Shown here piece after piece: positions 8,069-17,283 of a stretch of 24,000 nucleotides of DNA; position 1 is the first letter of the stretch, and each line of letters begins with the position of its first letter. The notes below the pieces were generated by a model that saw only the letters and a list, made by a program, of their open reading frames with translations, was not told where the DNA came from and ran no database searches. The translations under genes and the position numbers were made by a program. The stretch comes from an uncultured Chloroflexia bacterium (GTDB taxonomy: Bacteria > Chloroflexota > Anaerolineae > Anaerolineales > RBG-16-64-43). The DNA lies in NCBI GenBank assembly GCA_963712475.1, contig CAVQIA010000004.1, positions 686,372 through 710,371 of the forward strand, in the 5' to 3' direction.

Positions 8069-8752
8069 ATGTGCCCCGGGTATAATCGCCGCGTGAGTCC
8101 GCGACGACGTTCACCGCGCGTGGGGTTGTGGGTCGGCGCGCCGCTGCTTGCCGTCGGGCTGCTGCTGACGGGCTGGGCCGTATGGCCGCTGCCGGTGCCT
8201 CTCGAAACAATTCCTCTCGGGGCGCTCGATGAACTCCTGCCTTCTCATCCGGAGGCAAGCGCTTCCGCCGGGCCCAACCTCAACGTATTCCTGCGCGCAC
8301 CTCGAGTGCTGCGCATGGGGGCGTCGGTCGAAGTGAGCGCGGCGCTCTCGCCCGAGGGCGATTCCACGGGGCCAGCCGCACTGCCGCCCGGCTACAACCT
8401 CGTCTCGGTCGCCTGGATTCAAACCAGCGACCTGGCGCTCGATCCGAACGGTGAGATCCTTGTGCCGCTACAGCCCGGAGGACGCGCGAGCTACGCATGG
8501 CGCGTGGCGCCGCTGCATAAGGGAGACCTCGAGGCCACTCTCTTCGTGCGGCTCGAGCTAGTTCCGCTCGAAGGCGGTGTAGTTTCTTCTCGAACCGTTT
8601 TTGCGAGGGCCCTGCCGATGCGCGCACTCTCGCCGCTTGGCCTCACACAAACAACCGCCGTTGCCTTGGGCGTCGCGGCACTTCTCGTCGGGGGTGTGCT
8701 CACGCTTGGTGCGTTTTTCGCCCACCGGCCGGCTCGCGGGGTGACATCATGA
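8069..8752 (+). CDS. hypothetical membrane protein (N- and C-terminal TM segments)
   Basis: The track ORF 7916..8752 overlaps the tnaA start, so a later start is likely. Candidates are ATG 8069 (GAGAGG upstream) and GTG 8093 (6 nt after a perfect TATAAT). It has a TM segment at GLWVGAPLLAVGLLLTGWAVW and another at TTAVALGVAALLVGGVLTLGAFF. No recognisable domain. The stop overlaps the next gene's start (ATGA). Confidence 0.55.
   Translation: MCPGYNRRVSPRRRSPRVGLWVGAPLLAVGLLLTGWAVWPLPVPLETIPLGALDELLPSHPEASASAGPNLNVFLRAPRVLRMGASVEVSAALSPEGDSTGPAALPPGYNLVSVAWIQTSDLALDPNGEILVPLQPGGRASYAWRVAPLHKGDLEATLFVRLELVPLEGGVVSSRTVFARALPMRALSPLGLTQTTAVALGVAALLVGGVLTLGAFFAHRPARGVTS
8081..8086 (+). promoter_or_regulatory. 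-10 box candidate for the hypothetical/MBL gene pair
   Basis: Perfect TATAAT in the 76-nt tnaA-divergent gap, 6 nt upstream of the in-frame GTG at 8093. Confidence 0.35.
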
Positions 8753-9402
8753 AGGTCGACACCAATACGCAGGTGGCGGTCTATTCGCTTGGCCCGGTTC
8801 AAACCAACTGCTTCTTAGTCTTCGATTCAGAGAGCCGGGAGTGTGTTGTCATCGATCCCGCCTGGGAAGGCGAGCGGTTGGCGGATGAGATTGCCCGCCG
8901 CGGGCTGGCTCTCAAGGCGGTCCTCGTGACCCACGCTCATTTCGATCATATCGGTGGTTGTGCCGCGCTCGTCGCGCGTCATCCGGCACCCATCTATCTG
9001 CATCCAGCCGACTTGCCGCTGTGGTCGGTCGAGGGTGGGGCCGCTTACTTCGGTCTGGCGATCGAGCCGCTGCCACCGGCCGGGCCGGCGTTCGAAGACG
9101 GCATGCATCTCCGCTGTGGAGTGTTGGATTTCGAAGTGCTCCACCTGCCGGGACACACGCCGGGGCACGTGGGCCTGCTCGAGGCGGCGCGCGGTTGGCT
9201 GTTCAGCGGCGACGTCCTCTTTGCCGACAGCATCGGGCGCACCGATCTTCCAGGCGGCGATTACGCAACGCTCATGGCCAGCATTCGCGATCGGTTGCTG
9301 ACTCTGCCGGACTCGACTGTGGTCTACTCCGGTCATGGCCCCGAAACAACGATCGGCCGCGAGCGCCGGACGAATCCCTTCATCAATGAAGCTTGGGGAT
9401 AG
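8749..9402 (+). CDS. MBL-fold metallo-hydrolase (glyoxalase II-like)
   Basis: 217-aa ORF with the metallo-beta-lactamase signature THAHFDHIGG, plus later HLPGHTPGH and SGDVLF/GRTD motifs. Confidence 0.85.
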   Translation: MKVDTNTQVAVYSLGPVQTNCFLVFDSESRECVVIDPAWEGERLADEIARRGLALKAVLVTHAHFDHIGGCAALVARHPAPIYLHPADLPLWSVEGGAAYFGLAIEPLPPAGPAFEDGMHLRCGVLDFEVLHLPGHTPGHVGLLEAARGWLFSGDVLFADSIGRTDLPGGDYATLMASIRDRLLTLPDSTVVYSGHGPETTIGRERRTNPFINEAWG

Positions 9403-9424
9403 AAGCGAGCCTGGGGGTTTGGTG

Positions 9425-9443
9425 CGCGGGATTGTGCCCCGCG
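9425..9443. terminator. weak hairpin between the convergent MBL hydrolase and lipoprotein genes
   Basis: CGCGGG-attgtgc-CCCGCG followed by ATATTCGAT. The stem is short and the tail is poor. Confidence 0.25.
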
Positions 9444-9495
9444 ATATTCGATCGCGCGCCACCCGCGTTTGAGTCCGTCTGCAACGACCGGCCTG

Positions 9496-10296
9496 TCAGC
9501 CTCCGCAATTCGCAAGCACGGCTTGCTGCCCGGGCGGGCTCTGCGCCCACAGCAGGAACTCGAGCGCCGCTCCCGTGGCTGGGTGCGTTGCGACGGCGAA
9601 GAGCCGCACGCCCGCCTCGCCGGATGCGGGGTGATCTTCGCCGGCGATGCGCAGCGGCCGTGTTCTTGGCGTCGAGTCGTTGCACATGAGGTAGCCGATC
9701 GCCCGCGGGTCATCGCCTACGGCCTGCGCCATCGCCCATCCCGCGGGCGTGACGATCGCCCCGCCCCCGATCTGCCCCCCGGCCAGCACCTCTCGCGCGA
9801 ACTCGCGCGCCACCTCGAGCTGCCCATCCTGGGTGATCACGACGATCGAGTCCGAGAGACCACCGATCGCGCTCCAATCCGTCTCGCCTCCGTCATAGAT
9901 GCGACGCAGGTCCGCAATGTCGATTTCCGCAAGCGGGTTGGCGCTGTTCACCACGAGGTATATCGGCACGATCGCGATGGCCGCTGCCCACAGTTGGGGA
10001 GAAGGTTCGCCGACCACAAAAGCCAGTTGCGATTCACCTGAATCGAATCGGCTTTGGATCTGGTCAGGCGACGACAGCCGGATCTCGAGGTCAGCTGTTT
10101 GCCCTGCCCGATCAAGAAAACCCAAACGGAGCCGAAGGGCGCTCGAGTAAGCCTCAGAAGTTGCCAATACCACAAGGGATTCGCCTGACGGCGTGGGTGG
10201 TGACGCGGGCGTGGAGCAGCCCTGTACAAGCGCCACGGCCAGGCACGCCGCAACGGTTGCTCGCCAGGCGTTGGCGGGCATTCGGCGTTCGGTCAT
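9496..10296 (-). CDS. PstS-like (PBP_like_2) substrate-binding lipoprotein
   Basis: The track ORF runs to 10665 but overlaps uppP out of frame. MTERRMPANAWRATVAACLAVALVQGCSTP at 10296 has a signal peptide with a Cys lipobox-like site. VVNSANPLAEIDIADLRRIYDGGETDWSAIGG resembles the phosphate-binding-protein family motif. The ATG overlaps the uppP stop (ATGA). Confidence 0.65.
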   Translation of the reverse strand: MTERRMPANAWRATVAACLAVALVQGCSTPASPPTPSGESLVVLATSEAYSSALRLRLGFLDRAGQTADLEIRLSSPDQIQSRFDSGESQLAFVVGEPSPQLWAAAIAIVPIYLVVNSANPLAEIDIADLRRIYDGGETDWSAIGGLSDSIVVITQDGQLEVAREFAREVLAGGQIGGGAIVTPAGWAMAQAVGDDPRAIGYLMCNDSTPRTRPLRIAGEDHPASGEAGVRLFAVATHPATGAALEFLLWAQSPPGQQAVLANCGG

Positions 10297-11111
10297 CGAA
10301 CCATCCCGATCACCAGCGTGGCCACACCCACGATCGCGCAATACAGCGAGAAGACGCGCAGCGACCGGTGAGCGAGGTAACCCAGGAGCCAGCGGATGGA
10401 CAGGAACCCTACCACCGCCGCCGCCACGAACCCAAGAGCGATCGGGAAGATAAGATCGCTGAAATTCGGCAGGCCAACCAAGTGGCGCCCCTCGAAGAGC
10501 CCCGCGCCGATCATGATCGGTATCGACATGAGAAAGGAAAAGCGAGCTGCGGAGCCGCGGTCGAGCCCGCGCAACAAGCCTGCGCCGATGGTCGAACCCG
10601 AGCGTGAGATGCCCGGGAGCAGAGCAAACGCCTGTGCCACGCCGATGACGAGGGCATCGATCCACGTCAGACTGGTGAGTCTTCGCGCGGCGGCGGCTCT
10701 GGATTCAGCCAAGAGCAGGAAGGCTGCCGTTGTCAGCAAGAACCCTCCGACGGCGATGGGCCGGGCAAACGCCTCGCTCACGAGGTCGCGCAGCAGCGCG
10801 CCCGACACCGCCGCCGGAAGCGTGGCCAGCACGAGCAGCCAGGCCCGGCGGGCCTCCGGTTGGCTGAAATCCCAGCGGATCACACTCTGCACGGCCGCCT
10901 TCAGCAACTGCCAAAGGTCCGCCCAAAAATAGACAATGACCGCGAGCAGTGTCCCCATCTGCACCAGGACGTCGAAAGCGAAGGCTGCCTGCGGCTCAAA
11001 GGTCCAGCCGGCCAGCCAGGGTACGAGCACCAAATGGGCCGAGCTGGAGATAGGCAGGAACTCAGTGAGCCCCTGGACGATGCCGAGAATGACTGCTTGC
11101 AGATTCGTCAT
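10293..11111 (-). CDS. uppP: undecaprenyl-diphosphate phosphatase
   Basis: MTNLQAVILGIVQGLTEFLPISSSAHLVL and later PGISRSGSTI are the two BacA/UppP signature motifs, and the protein is polytopic. The track ORF start at 11228 adds 39 implausible residues, so the start is taken at 11111 (272 aa). Confidence 0.9.
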   Translation of the reverse strand: MTNLQAVILGIVQGLTEFLPISSSAHLVLVPWLAGWTFEPQAAFAFDVLVQMGTLLAVIVYFWADLWQLLKAAVQSVIRWDFSQPEARRAWLLVLATLPAAVSGALLRDLVSEAFARPIAVGGFLLTTAAFLLLAESRAAAARRLTSLTWIDALVIGVAQAFALLPGISRSGSTIGAGLLRGLDRGSAARFSFLMSIPIMIGAGLFEGRHLVGLPNFSDLIFPIALGFVAAAVVGFLSIRWLLGYLAHRSLRVFSLYCAIVGVATLVIGMVR

Positions 11112-11160
11112 GTTGTGAGTGGCTCCATCCTCAAGTGGTTGAAGGCCCGGGCGAGCCCGG

Positions 11161-12270
11161 TCACGCGTCGGCCCCCCCACCCGGCGGTCTGAAACGGGCG
11201 GGCTCGAACCGACCCTCCATAATGACACCGCGTATCTCGCGCATCAGGCCGATCAGCATGGTCAGATTGTGAATCGAGAGCAGCGTTGCCGCTAGAATTT
11301 CGCGGCTCTGGATCAGGTGCCGCAGGTAGGCCCGGCTGAAGTGCGTACAGGCATAGCAGTTGCATGCGGTGTCGATGGGCCGCGCATCGTGAGCGAACTT
11401 GGAGGCCAGCAAGTTCAGCCGGCCGGCGCGGGTCATGGCCGCGTGATGGCGGGCCAGGCGAGTGGGCAGCACGCAGTCGAACACGTCCATCCCGCGCTCC
11501 ACGCCCGCCACCAAGTCCTCGGGCGCACCCACCCCCATGAGATAGCGTGGCTTGTCCTCCGGCAGGATGCGGTCCACCACTTCCAGCATCTGGTAGGTCT
11601 CAGGCTTGGTTTCCCCGACCGAGAGGCCGCCGATGCCGTAGCCCGCGAAGTTGAGCTGGCCCAGATGGCGAGCCGATTGCTCGCGAAGGTCCGGGAACAC
11701 GCCTCCCTGAACGATGCCAAACAGGGCTTGGTCCGAGCGGCGGTGCGCTTGCTGGCAGCGCTCCGCCCAAGCGTGCGTGCGGCGCAGCGCCGCTTCGTTG
11801 ACCTCTCGGTTGTAAGGCGCGGGGCATTCGTCGAGAGCCATGATAATGTCGGCGCCCAGGCTCTCCTGGATGCGCACCGAGTCCTCGGGCGTCAACCGGT
11901 GCGGCGAACCGTCGAGGTGCGATTTGAACGTCACCCCGTCGGCGTCGACCTGGCGGATGGAGCTCAGGGAGAAGACCTGGTAGCCGCCCGAATCCGTAAG
12001 CATCGGGTGCGGCCACTGCATGAATGAGTGCAGCCCGCCCAATTCCTCAACGACCGCTTCTCCCGGGCGCAAATACAAGTGATAGGTATTGGCCAGAACC
12101 AGAGTGGCGCCCAGTTCCTCAAGTTGCGCCGGCGTCAGGGCCTTGACCGTGGCTTGCGTTCCAACGGGGGCGAACACCGGAGTGAATACGTCGCCATGCG
12201 GAGTGTGCAGCAGGCCCGCCCGCGCACGCCCACTGCGCGCCACGACCTCAAAACCGAAGGAGGCGCTCAT
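11161..12270 (-). CDS. tgt: queuine tRNA-ribosyltransferase (bacterial preQ1-type)
   Basis: MSASFGFEVVARSGRARAGLLHTPHGDVFTPVFAPVGTQATVKAL, NTYHLYLRPG, LDECP, GGLSVGE and the zinc motif CNCYACTHFSRAYLRHL. The Cys in DEC and the Val in LSVGE are the bacterial preQ1-specific residues. The track ORF extends to 12708 through the upstream gene. The start at 12270 overlaps that gene's stop (ATGA). Confidence 0.95.
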   Translation of the reverse strand: MSASFGFEVVARSGRARAGLLHTPHGDVFTPVFAPVGTQATVKALTPAQLEELGATLVLANTYHLYLRPGEAVVEELGGLHSFMQWPHPMLTDSGGYQVFSLSSIRQVDADGVTFKSHLDGSPHRLTPEDSVRIQESLGADIIMALDECPAPYNREVNEAALRRTHAWAERCQQAHRRSDQALFGIVQGGVFPDLREQSARHLGQLNFAGYGIGGLSVGETKPETYQMLEVVDRILPEDKPRYLMGVGAPEDLVAGVERGMDVFDCVLPTRLARHHAAMTRAGRLNLLASKFAHDARPIDTACNCYACTHFSRAYLRHLIQSREILAATLLSIHNLTMLIGLMREIRGVIMEGRFEPARFRPPGGGADA

Positions 12271-14069
12271 CGCAGCGCCCAGATGAAGTACAGGCCCAGC
12301 AGCGCCACACCGAACACAATGAGCGTAAGCGGTGCGCCTACTCGCAGGTAGTCGCGCACGCTGTATCCACCGGACCCCATCACCAGCGTGTTGACCGGGT
12401 GACCCACAGGCGTGAGGAAGGCCAGCGAGGAACCGAGAGCTACCGCCATCGCCATGGCGCGCGGATCGGCACCCAGCCCGGGAGCGATGGCGAGCGCGAT
12501 GGGCGCGAGGAGGATCGGCACCGCCGTTTGCCCGCCCATCAACTGATTGAGCACGGTGGCGGTCAGCATCAACACCGCGGCTGCGACGAGTGGGCCCGCG
12601 CCTCCCAGCGCGTGCAACATCCAGCCCGAGAGGTGATCGGCCATGCCGGAACTGGTCATCGCGATCCCGAGCGGCCAAATGCCGGCGATCAGGAAGACTG
12701 CTTTCCATTCCACCGCGCGGAACGCGTCATCCATTGTGAGGCAGCCTGTGACCAGCATCAGCGCCGCCCCGCTGAGCGCCGCGAGCGAGACCGGCATGAT
12801 GCCGGTCGCGGCGACCCCGAGCGTGATGAAGGCGATGACCCCGGCCAGGCGGGACTTGGTCGGCCGCAAAACGCCCTCGGCGTCCTCCTCCAGCAAGATG
12901 TAGTCCCGGTCCTCCCGCAATAGGTGCAACCGCGCCGCGGCGCCTTGCACCAGCAGCGCGTCACCTGCACGAAGCGGCAGGTCCGGCAGGCCGTGGTGTA
13001 CGGCTTCGCCGCGCCGCCAGATTGCGATGACATTGACTCCATGTTTCTCGCGGAAGTGGATGTCGCGCAGGGTTTTGCCGATGACCGTGGCTCGCGGGGA
13101 AACGAGGAGCTCGCCGAGCACGGTCGCTTCATCGGTCAGACGCAGCGGCGCGGCCGGTTGGCTGAGCAGCCTCAGGCCATACGCGTTCAAGGTATCCAGC
13201 GGCGGGTCGCCTTGGGCGAAGATGATGTCGCCCTCGGCCACGCGCTCATCAGGCGAAGGAGCGGCCATCACGTGCTGGTGACGCGAGAGACCCACCACCG
13301 TCACGCCCAGTTCTTTCGCCCACCCGCCTTCGCGCAAGGTCAGCCCCGCCATGGCCGAACCGCGGCGCACCTCGATCTCGCACAACGTCGCCCCGACCCC
13401 GTAGGTCTGCTCGAGTTCGCGTCGCAGCTGTATCGAGCGAGCCGATTGGCCGGCCGGGTACCGGCGCGGCAAGAGGTGCCGTCCGACAAAGACCAGGTAG
13501 AGCGTGCCCGCCACGACGATGGGCACTCCAATCGGCATGAAGTCGAGCAGCCCGAACGGCGCGAGGCCCGCATCGCGCAGCACGCCGCCAACGAGGATGT
13601 TGGCGGTGGTGAGCAACGTGGCCATCCCTCCCAGGATCGTTCCGAAGGCCAGCGGCATGAGAAGCCGCGAAGGGGGGATGCGTGTTTGGCGCGAGAGGCT
13701 GATGACCGCCGGCAACAACACGCCAGCTGCAGCGATGTTGTTCATGAACAGCGAGAGCGCGGCCGCCGCCAGTACGGTGATGAGGACTGCCCGCTGCTCC
13801 AAATCCCCGCTGACGCGAAGGAGCAGGCGGCCCAGCGCGAGCGTAATTCCAGTTTGTTGCAGTCCTTCGGAGATGATGAAGACGGCCAGGATGGTGATGG
13901 TGGCGGTGGCGGCGAACCCGGAATAGGCTTGGGCCGGCGTCACCAGGCCGGTCAGGCCGAGGGCGATCAGGGTAAGCAGCGCGACCAGGTCCGGCCGCAC
14001 ACGGCCCGAGACCATCAGCAACGCCAGCGCGAGGATGATGAGCGCGAGCAAGATGAGCGCCGAGGTCAT
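12267..14069 (-). CDS. SLC13/DASS-type permease with two central TrkA-C (RCK_C) domains
   Basis: 600-aa ORF with N- and C-terminal polytopic halves. The central soluble repeats (EIEVRRGSAMAGLTLREGGW...GDIIFAQGD and LLVSPRATVIGKTLRDIHFREKHGVNVIAIWRRGE...GDALLVQG) match the TrkA-C pattern. TATAAT lies 9 nt upstream of the ATG. Confidence 0.8.
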   Translation of the reverse strand: MTSALILLALIILALALLMVSGRVRPDLVALLTLIALGLTGLVTPAQAYSGFAATATITILAVFIISEGLQQTGITLALGRLLLRVSGDLEQRAVLITVLAAAALSLFMNNIAAAGVLLPAVISLSRQTRIPPSRLLMPLAFGTILGGMATLLTTANILVGGVLRDAGLAPFGLLDFMPIGVPIVVAGTLYLVFVGRHLLPRRYPAGQSARSIQLRRELEQTYGVGATLCEIEVRRGSAMAGLTLREGGWAKELGVTVVGLSRHQHVMAAPSPDERVAEGDIIFAQGDPPLDTLNAYGLRLLSQPAAPLRLTDEATVLGELLVSPRATVIGKTLRDIHFREKHGVNVIAIWRRGEAVHHGLPDLPLRAGDALLVQGAAARLHLLREDRDYILLEEDAEGVLRPTKSRLAGVIAFITLGVAATGIMPVSLAALSGAALMLVTGCLTMDDAFRAVEWKAVFLIAGIWPLGIAMTSSGMADHLSGWMLHALGGAGPLVAAAVLMLTATVLNQLMGGQTAVPILLAPIALAIAPGLGADPRAMAMAVALGSSLAFLTPVGHPVNTLVMGSGGYSVRDYLRVGAPLTLIVFGVALLGLYFIWALR

Positions 14070-14078
14070 GGCGGGCAG

Positions 14079-14084
14079 GATTAT
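14079..14084 (-). promoter_or_regulatory. -10 box candidate for the SLC13-tgt-uppP-lipoprotein operon
   Basis: The reverse strand reads ACTATAATcctgcccgcATG, so TATAAT lies 9 nt before the start codon at 14069. There is no Shine-Dalgarno sequence. Confidence 0.4.
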
Positions 14085-14310
14085 AGTCCATCCCAGTGTT
14101 GCGGCCGGGCGTGATTCCCCTGCAATTCCTCAGCCGAAGATGAAGCAGGTTCGAACGATAGGCGACCGGCAGCATCGCGCTCCGAGCGCCGGTGCAAGAA
14201 CACCGCCGTCACGTCTCCCCAAGACTGACCTGGAGCCGGCGCCTATTGCATCGTGGAGTTGAACCTCCGGCAGGCCGCATGGGCACCTCGAATCGCGCGC
14301 CTCGCGGCGC

Positions 14311-14316
14311 TATAAT
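14311..14316 (+). promoter_or_regulatory. -10 box candidate for uvrA
   Basis: Perfect TATAAT, 27 nt upstream of the uvrA ATG. A GAGG ribosome-binding site lies between them. The -35 candidate TCGAAT has 17-nt spacing. Confidence 0.4.
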
Positions 14317-14343
14317 GGAAGGTCAATTCGACCCGAGGCGCAT

Positions 14344-17283
14344 ATGAGCATCGATGCCATCCGCATCGTTGGCGCACGCGAACACAACCTGAAGAACATC
14401 AGCCTGGATTTGCCGCGCAACAAGCTGGTGGTCATCACCGGTTTGTCCGGCTCTGGCAAGTCATCCCTGGCCTTCGACACTCTCTTCGCCGAGGGGCAAC
14501 GGCGCTACGTCGAATCGCTCTCGACCTACGCCCGCCAATTCCTTGGCCAATTGCGCAAGCCCGAGGTCGACCTGATCGAGGGTCTCTCGCCGGCCGTGGC
14601 CATCGACCAGCGCGGAGTGTCGGGCAACCCGCGTTCCACCGTGGGCACCCTCACCGAGATCTACGACTTCCTTCGCCTGCTCTTCGCGCGCCTGGGGTCG
14701 CCCCACTGCCCGGTGTGTGGGCGCGAGGTCCAGCGCCAGTCTGCCCAGGAAATCGTCGCGGCCGTGGCGGCATTGCCCGCCGGCACCCGCTTCGTACTCC
14801 TCGCGCCGCTCGTGCGGGCGCGCAAGGGAGTTCATCACGCGGCGATCGAGGAAATCCGCCAGTCGGGATTCGTGCGCATGCGGCTTGACGGCACCTTGTA
14901 CGATGTCGAGGCCGAGGTGGAACTCGACCCGCATCGCGCGCACACGGTCGAGGCCGTGGTCGACCGGTTGGTGATTCCGGCAACGCAGGCGCCAGACCCC
15001 GAACGGGTGGATTTCGACACCCGGCTGACCGATTCGATCGAAACCGCTCTGCGCATCGGGCAGGGATACCTCATCGTGCAGGATTTGGGGTTCGAGCCCC
15101 CGCGCGAAGCTACCTACTCCGAGCACTTCGCCTGCCCCGCCGACGGCACGAACCTGCCGGCCATCGAGCCCTCGACCTTTTCCTTTAATTCGCCGCATGG
15201 TGCGTGCCCGGAATGTCAGGGACTGGGGACGCGACTGGAGATCGATCTCGAGCGTCTGATCCTCGATCGCAGCCTGCCGCTCAGCGAGGCGGCCTCGGCC
15301 GCATTGGAGTTGGCCGGCAGCGATCGCAGTCCAGGCGGGCTGCTCGCCCTCATCGAGGCCCTGGCCGAAGCGGAGGGTTTCGACCTGGATCAGCCAGTGA
15401 CGCAATTGGGCGAATCTGCGTTGCAGCACATTCTCCACGGCACCGGCGAGAGGAAGGTTCGCGTCAACTTCCGCACCGGACAGGGACGGAGCGGTTCTTT
15501 CGATACTCCTTTCGAGGGCCTGGTGCCGGCGCTCAACCGGCGTTATCGCGAGACGGGCTCCGCGGCCGTCCGCGAGCGGATCGAGGCCCTGATGAGCGAG
15601 CGCACGTGCGAGGCCTGCCATGGGCAGCGCCTGCGAGCTGAGGCGCTGGCTGTGACCATCGACGGGCACAATATCATCACCGTCTGCGAGTGGACCACGG
15701 CTCACCTGCGCCAGTGGGTGACCGTACTCGCAGAGGACCCTGGCTCCCAGTTCGCGACTGCGCGCCAACAGCGCATCCTCACCCCGATCTTGGCCGAAAT
15801 CCGCGGCCGTCTACAGTTCCTGGAGGAGGTCGGTTTGGACTACCTCACCCTGCAGCGCGCGGCTGGCAGCCTGTCGGGCGGTGAGGCTCAGCGCATCCGC
15901 ATGGCCACTCAGATCGGCTCGCGCCTCAGCGGAGTGTTGTACGTTCTCGATGAGCCTTCGGTGGGCCTGCACCCGCGCGACACGGGCCGGCTGTTGGCCA
16001 GCTTGGCGCGCCTGCGCGACCTGGGTAATTCCGTGCTGGTGGTCGAACACGATGAGGCCACGATCCGCGCGGCCGATTGGGTGGTGGACCTCGGTCCGGG
16101 GGCCGGCCCCAAGGGGGGCGAAGTGGTCGGGCAGGGCACGCCCGACGAGTTGGCGCGGCAGCCGAAATCTCTCACAGGGCAGTGGCTCGCGGGCACGCTG
16201 GGAGCGCCGACACCTCGTGCGCGTCGCGCCGGAAACGGACAGTCGCTGACCATCGTCGGCGCCCGCGCCAACAACCTGAAGAATCTGACCGTGCGGATTC
16301 CTCTGGGCAAGCTGGTGTGCCTCACGGGCGTTTCGGGCTCAGGGAAGTCGACGTTGCTGATCGATGTTCTTTATGCCGGTCTCGTGTCCGGAGCGCAGCC
16401 CGGCGAGTTCGCCGCCGCCGACCGCATCGAGGGCGCGCAGGCCGTTGAGAAAGTGATCCACATCGACCAGTCGCCGATCGGCCGCACCCCGCGCTCGAAT
16501 CCGGCCACCTACATCGGCCTGTACGGTGAGATACGCGAACTCTATGCGACGCTGCCCGCCGCGCGCGTGCGCGGCTATCGGCCGGGCCGGTTTTCCTTCA
16601 ATGTTCGCGGCGGGCGATGCGAGGCCTGTCAGGGTCAGGGGCAGATCCAGGTGTCGATGCAATTCCTTCCAGACGTCTACGTTCCCTGTGAGATCTGCGG
16701 CGGGACACGCTTCAATCGAGAGACGCTGCAGGTGCTGTTCAAGGAGAAGAGCATCGCGCAGGTGCTCGACCAGACGGCGGACGAATTGCGCGAGACCTTC
16801 GGCGCCTTCCCGAACATGGCCCGCAAGCTAGACACATTGCGCGACGTGGGCCTGGGCTATATCCGCCTGGGTCAATCCGCGGTGACGCTTTCGGGGGGCG
16901 AGGCACAGCGGATCAAGCTGGCGCGCGAACTGGCGCGGCGTCCGGCGGGGCACACCTTGTACGTGATCGACGAACCGACCGTCGGATTGCATGCGGTGGA
17001 TGTTCAACGCTTGATCCCGGTTCTCGAACGCTTGGTGGAGGAGGGCCACACCGTCGTGGTCATCGAACACAACCTCGACATTCTGCGCATGGCCGACCAT
17101 ATCATCGACCTTGGGCCGGAGGGCGGGGATCAGGGCGGCACGCTTGTGGCCGAGGGCACGCCCGAAGAGGTGGCTGGCGTAAGCACATCCTACACCGGCC
17201 AATACTTGCGCCCCCTGCTCTCCGCGCAACCAGACTCGGACGCGCGCACCGCGCGCCGCACGCCCGCAAAGAAGCGCCCGTGA
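14344..17283 (+). CDS. uvrA: excinuclease ABC subunit A
   Basis: Intact 979-aa ORF. It has [23 protein letters not shown], a second Walker [11 protein letters not shown], two LSGGE signature motifs and zinc-finger Cys pairs ([29 protein letters not shown]...CEICGG). Confidence 0.97.
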   Translation: MSIDAIRIVGAREHNLKNISLDLPRNKLVVITGLSGSGKSSLAFDTLFAEGQRRYVESLSTYARQFLGQLRKPEVDLIEGLSPAVAIDQRGVSGNPRSTVGTLTEIYDFLRLLFARLGSPHCPVCGREVQRQSAQEIVAAVAALPAGTRFVLLAPLVRARKGVHHAAIEEIRQSGFVRMRLDGTLYDVEAEVELDPHRAHTVEAVVDRLVIPATQAPDPERVDFDTRLTDSIETALRIGQGYLIVQDLGFEPPREATYSEHFACPADGTNLPAIEPSTFSFNSPHGACPECQGLGTRLEIDLERLILDRSLPLSEAASAALELAGSDRSPGGLLALIEALAEAEGFDLDQPVTQLGESALQHILHGTGERKVRVNFRTGQGRSGSFDTPFEGLVPALNRRYRETGSAAVRERIEALMSERTCEACHGQRLRAEALAVTIDGHNIITVCEWTTAHLRQWVTVLAEDPGSQFATARQQRILTPILAEIRGRLQFLEEVGLDYLTLQRAAGSLSGGEAQRIRMATQIGSRLSGVLYVLDEPSVGLHPRDTGRLLASLARLRDLGNSVLVVEHDEATIRAADWVVDLGPGAGPKGGEVVGQGTPDELARQPKSLTGQWLAGTLGAPTPRARRAGNGQSLTIVGARANNLKNLTVRIPLGKLVCLTGVSGSGKSTLLIDVLYAGLVSGAQPGEFAAADRIEGAQAVEKVIHIDQSPIGRTPRSNPATYIGLYGEIRELYATLPAARVRGYRPGRFSFNVRGGRCEACQGQGQIQVSMQFLPDVYVPCEICGGTRFNRETLQVLFKEKSIAQVLDQTADELRETFGAFPNMARKLDTLRDVGLGYIRLGQSAVTLSGGEAQRIKLARELARRPAGHTLYVIDEPTVGLHAVDVQRLIPVLERLVEEGHTVVVIEHNLDILRMADHIIDLGPEGGDQGGTLVAEGTPEEVAGVSTSYTGQYLRPLLSAQPDSDARTARRTPAKKRP

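Noticed and set aside
14200-14343. Search for a LexA/SOS box upstream of uvrA
   Set aside because: I found no GAAC-N4-GTTC or CTGT-N8-ACAG type palindrome in the promoter region.
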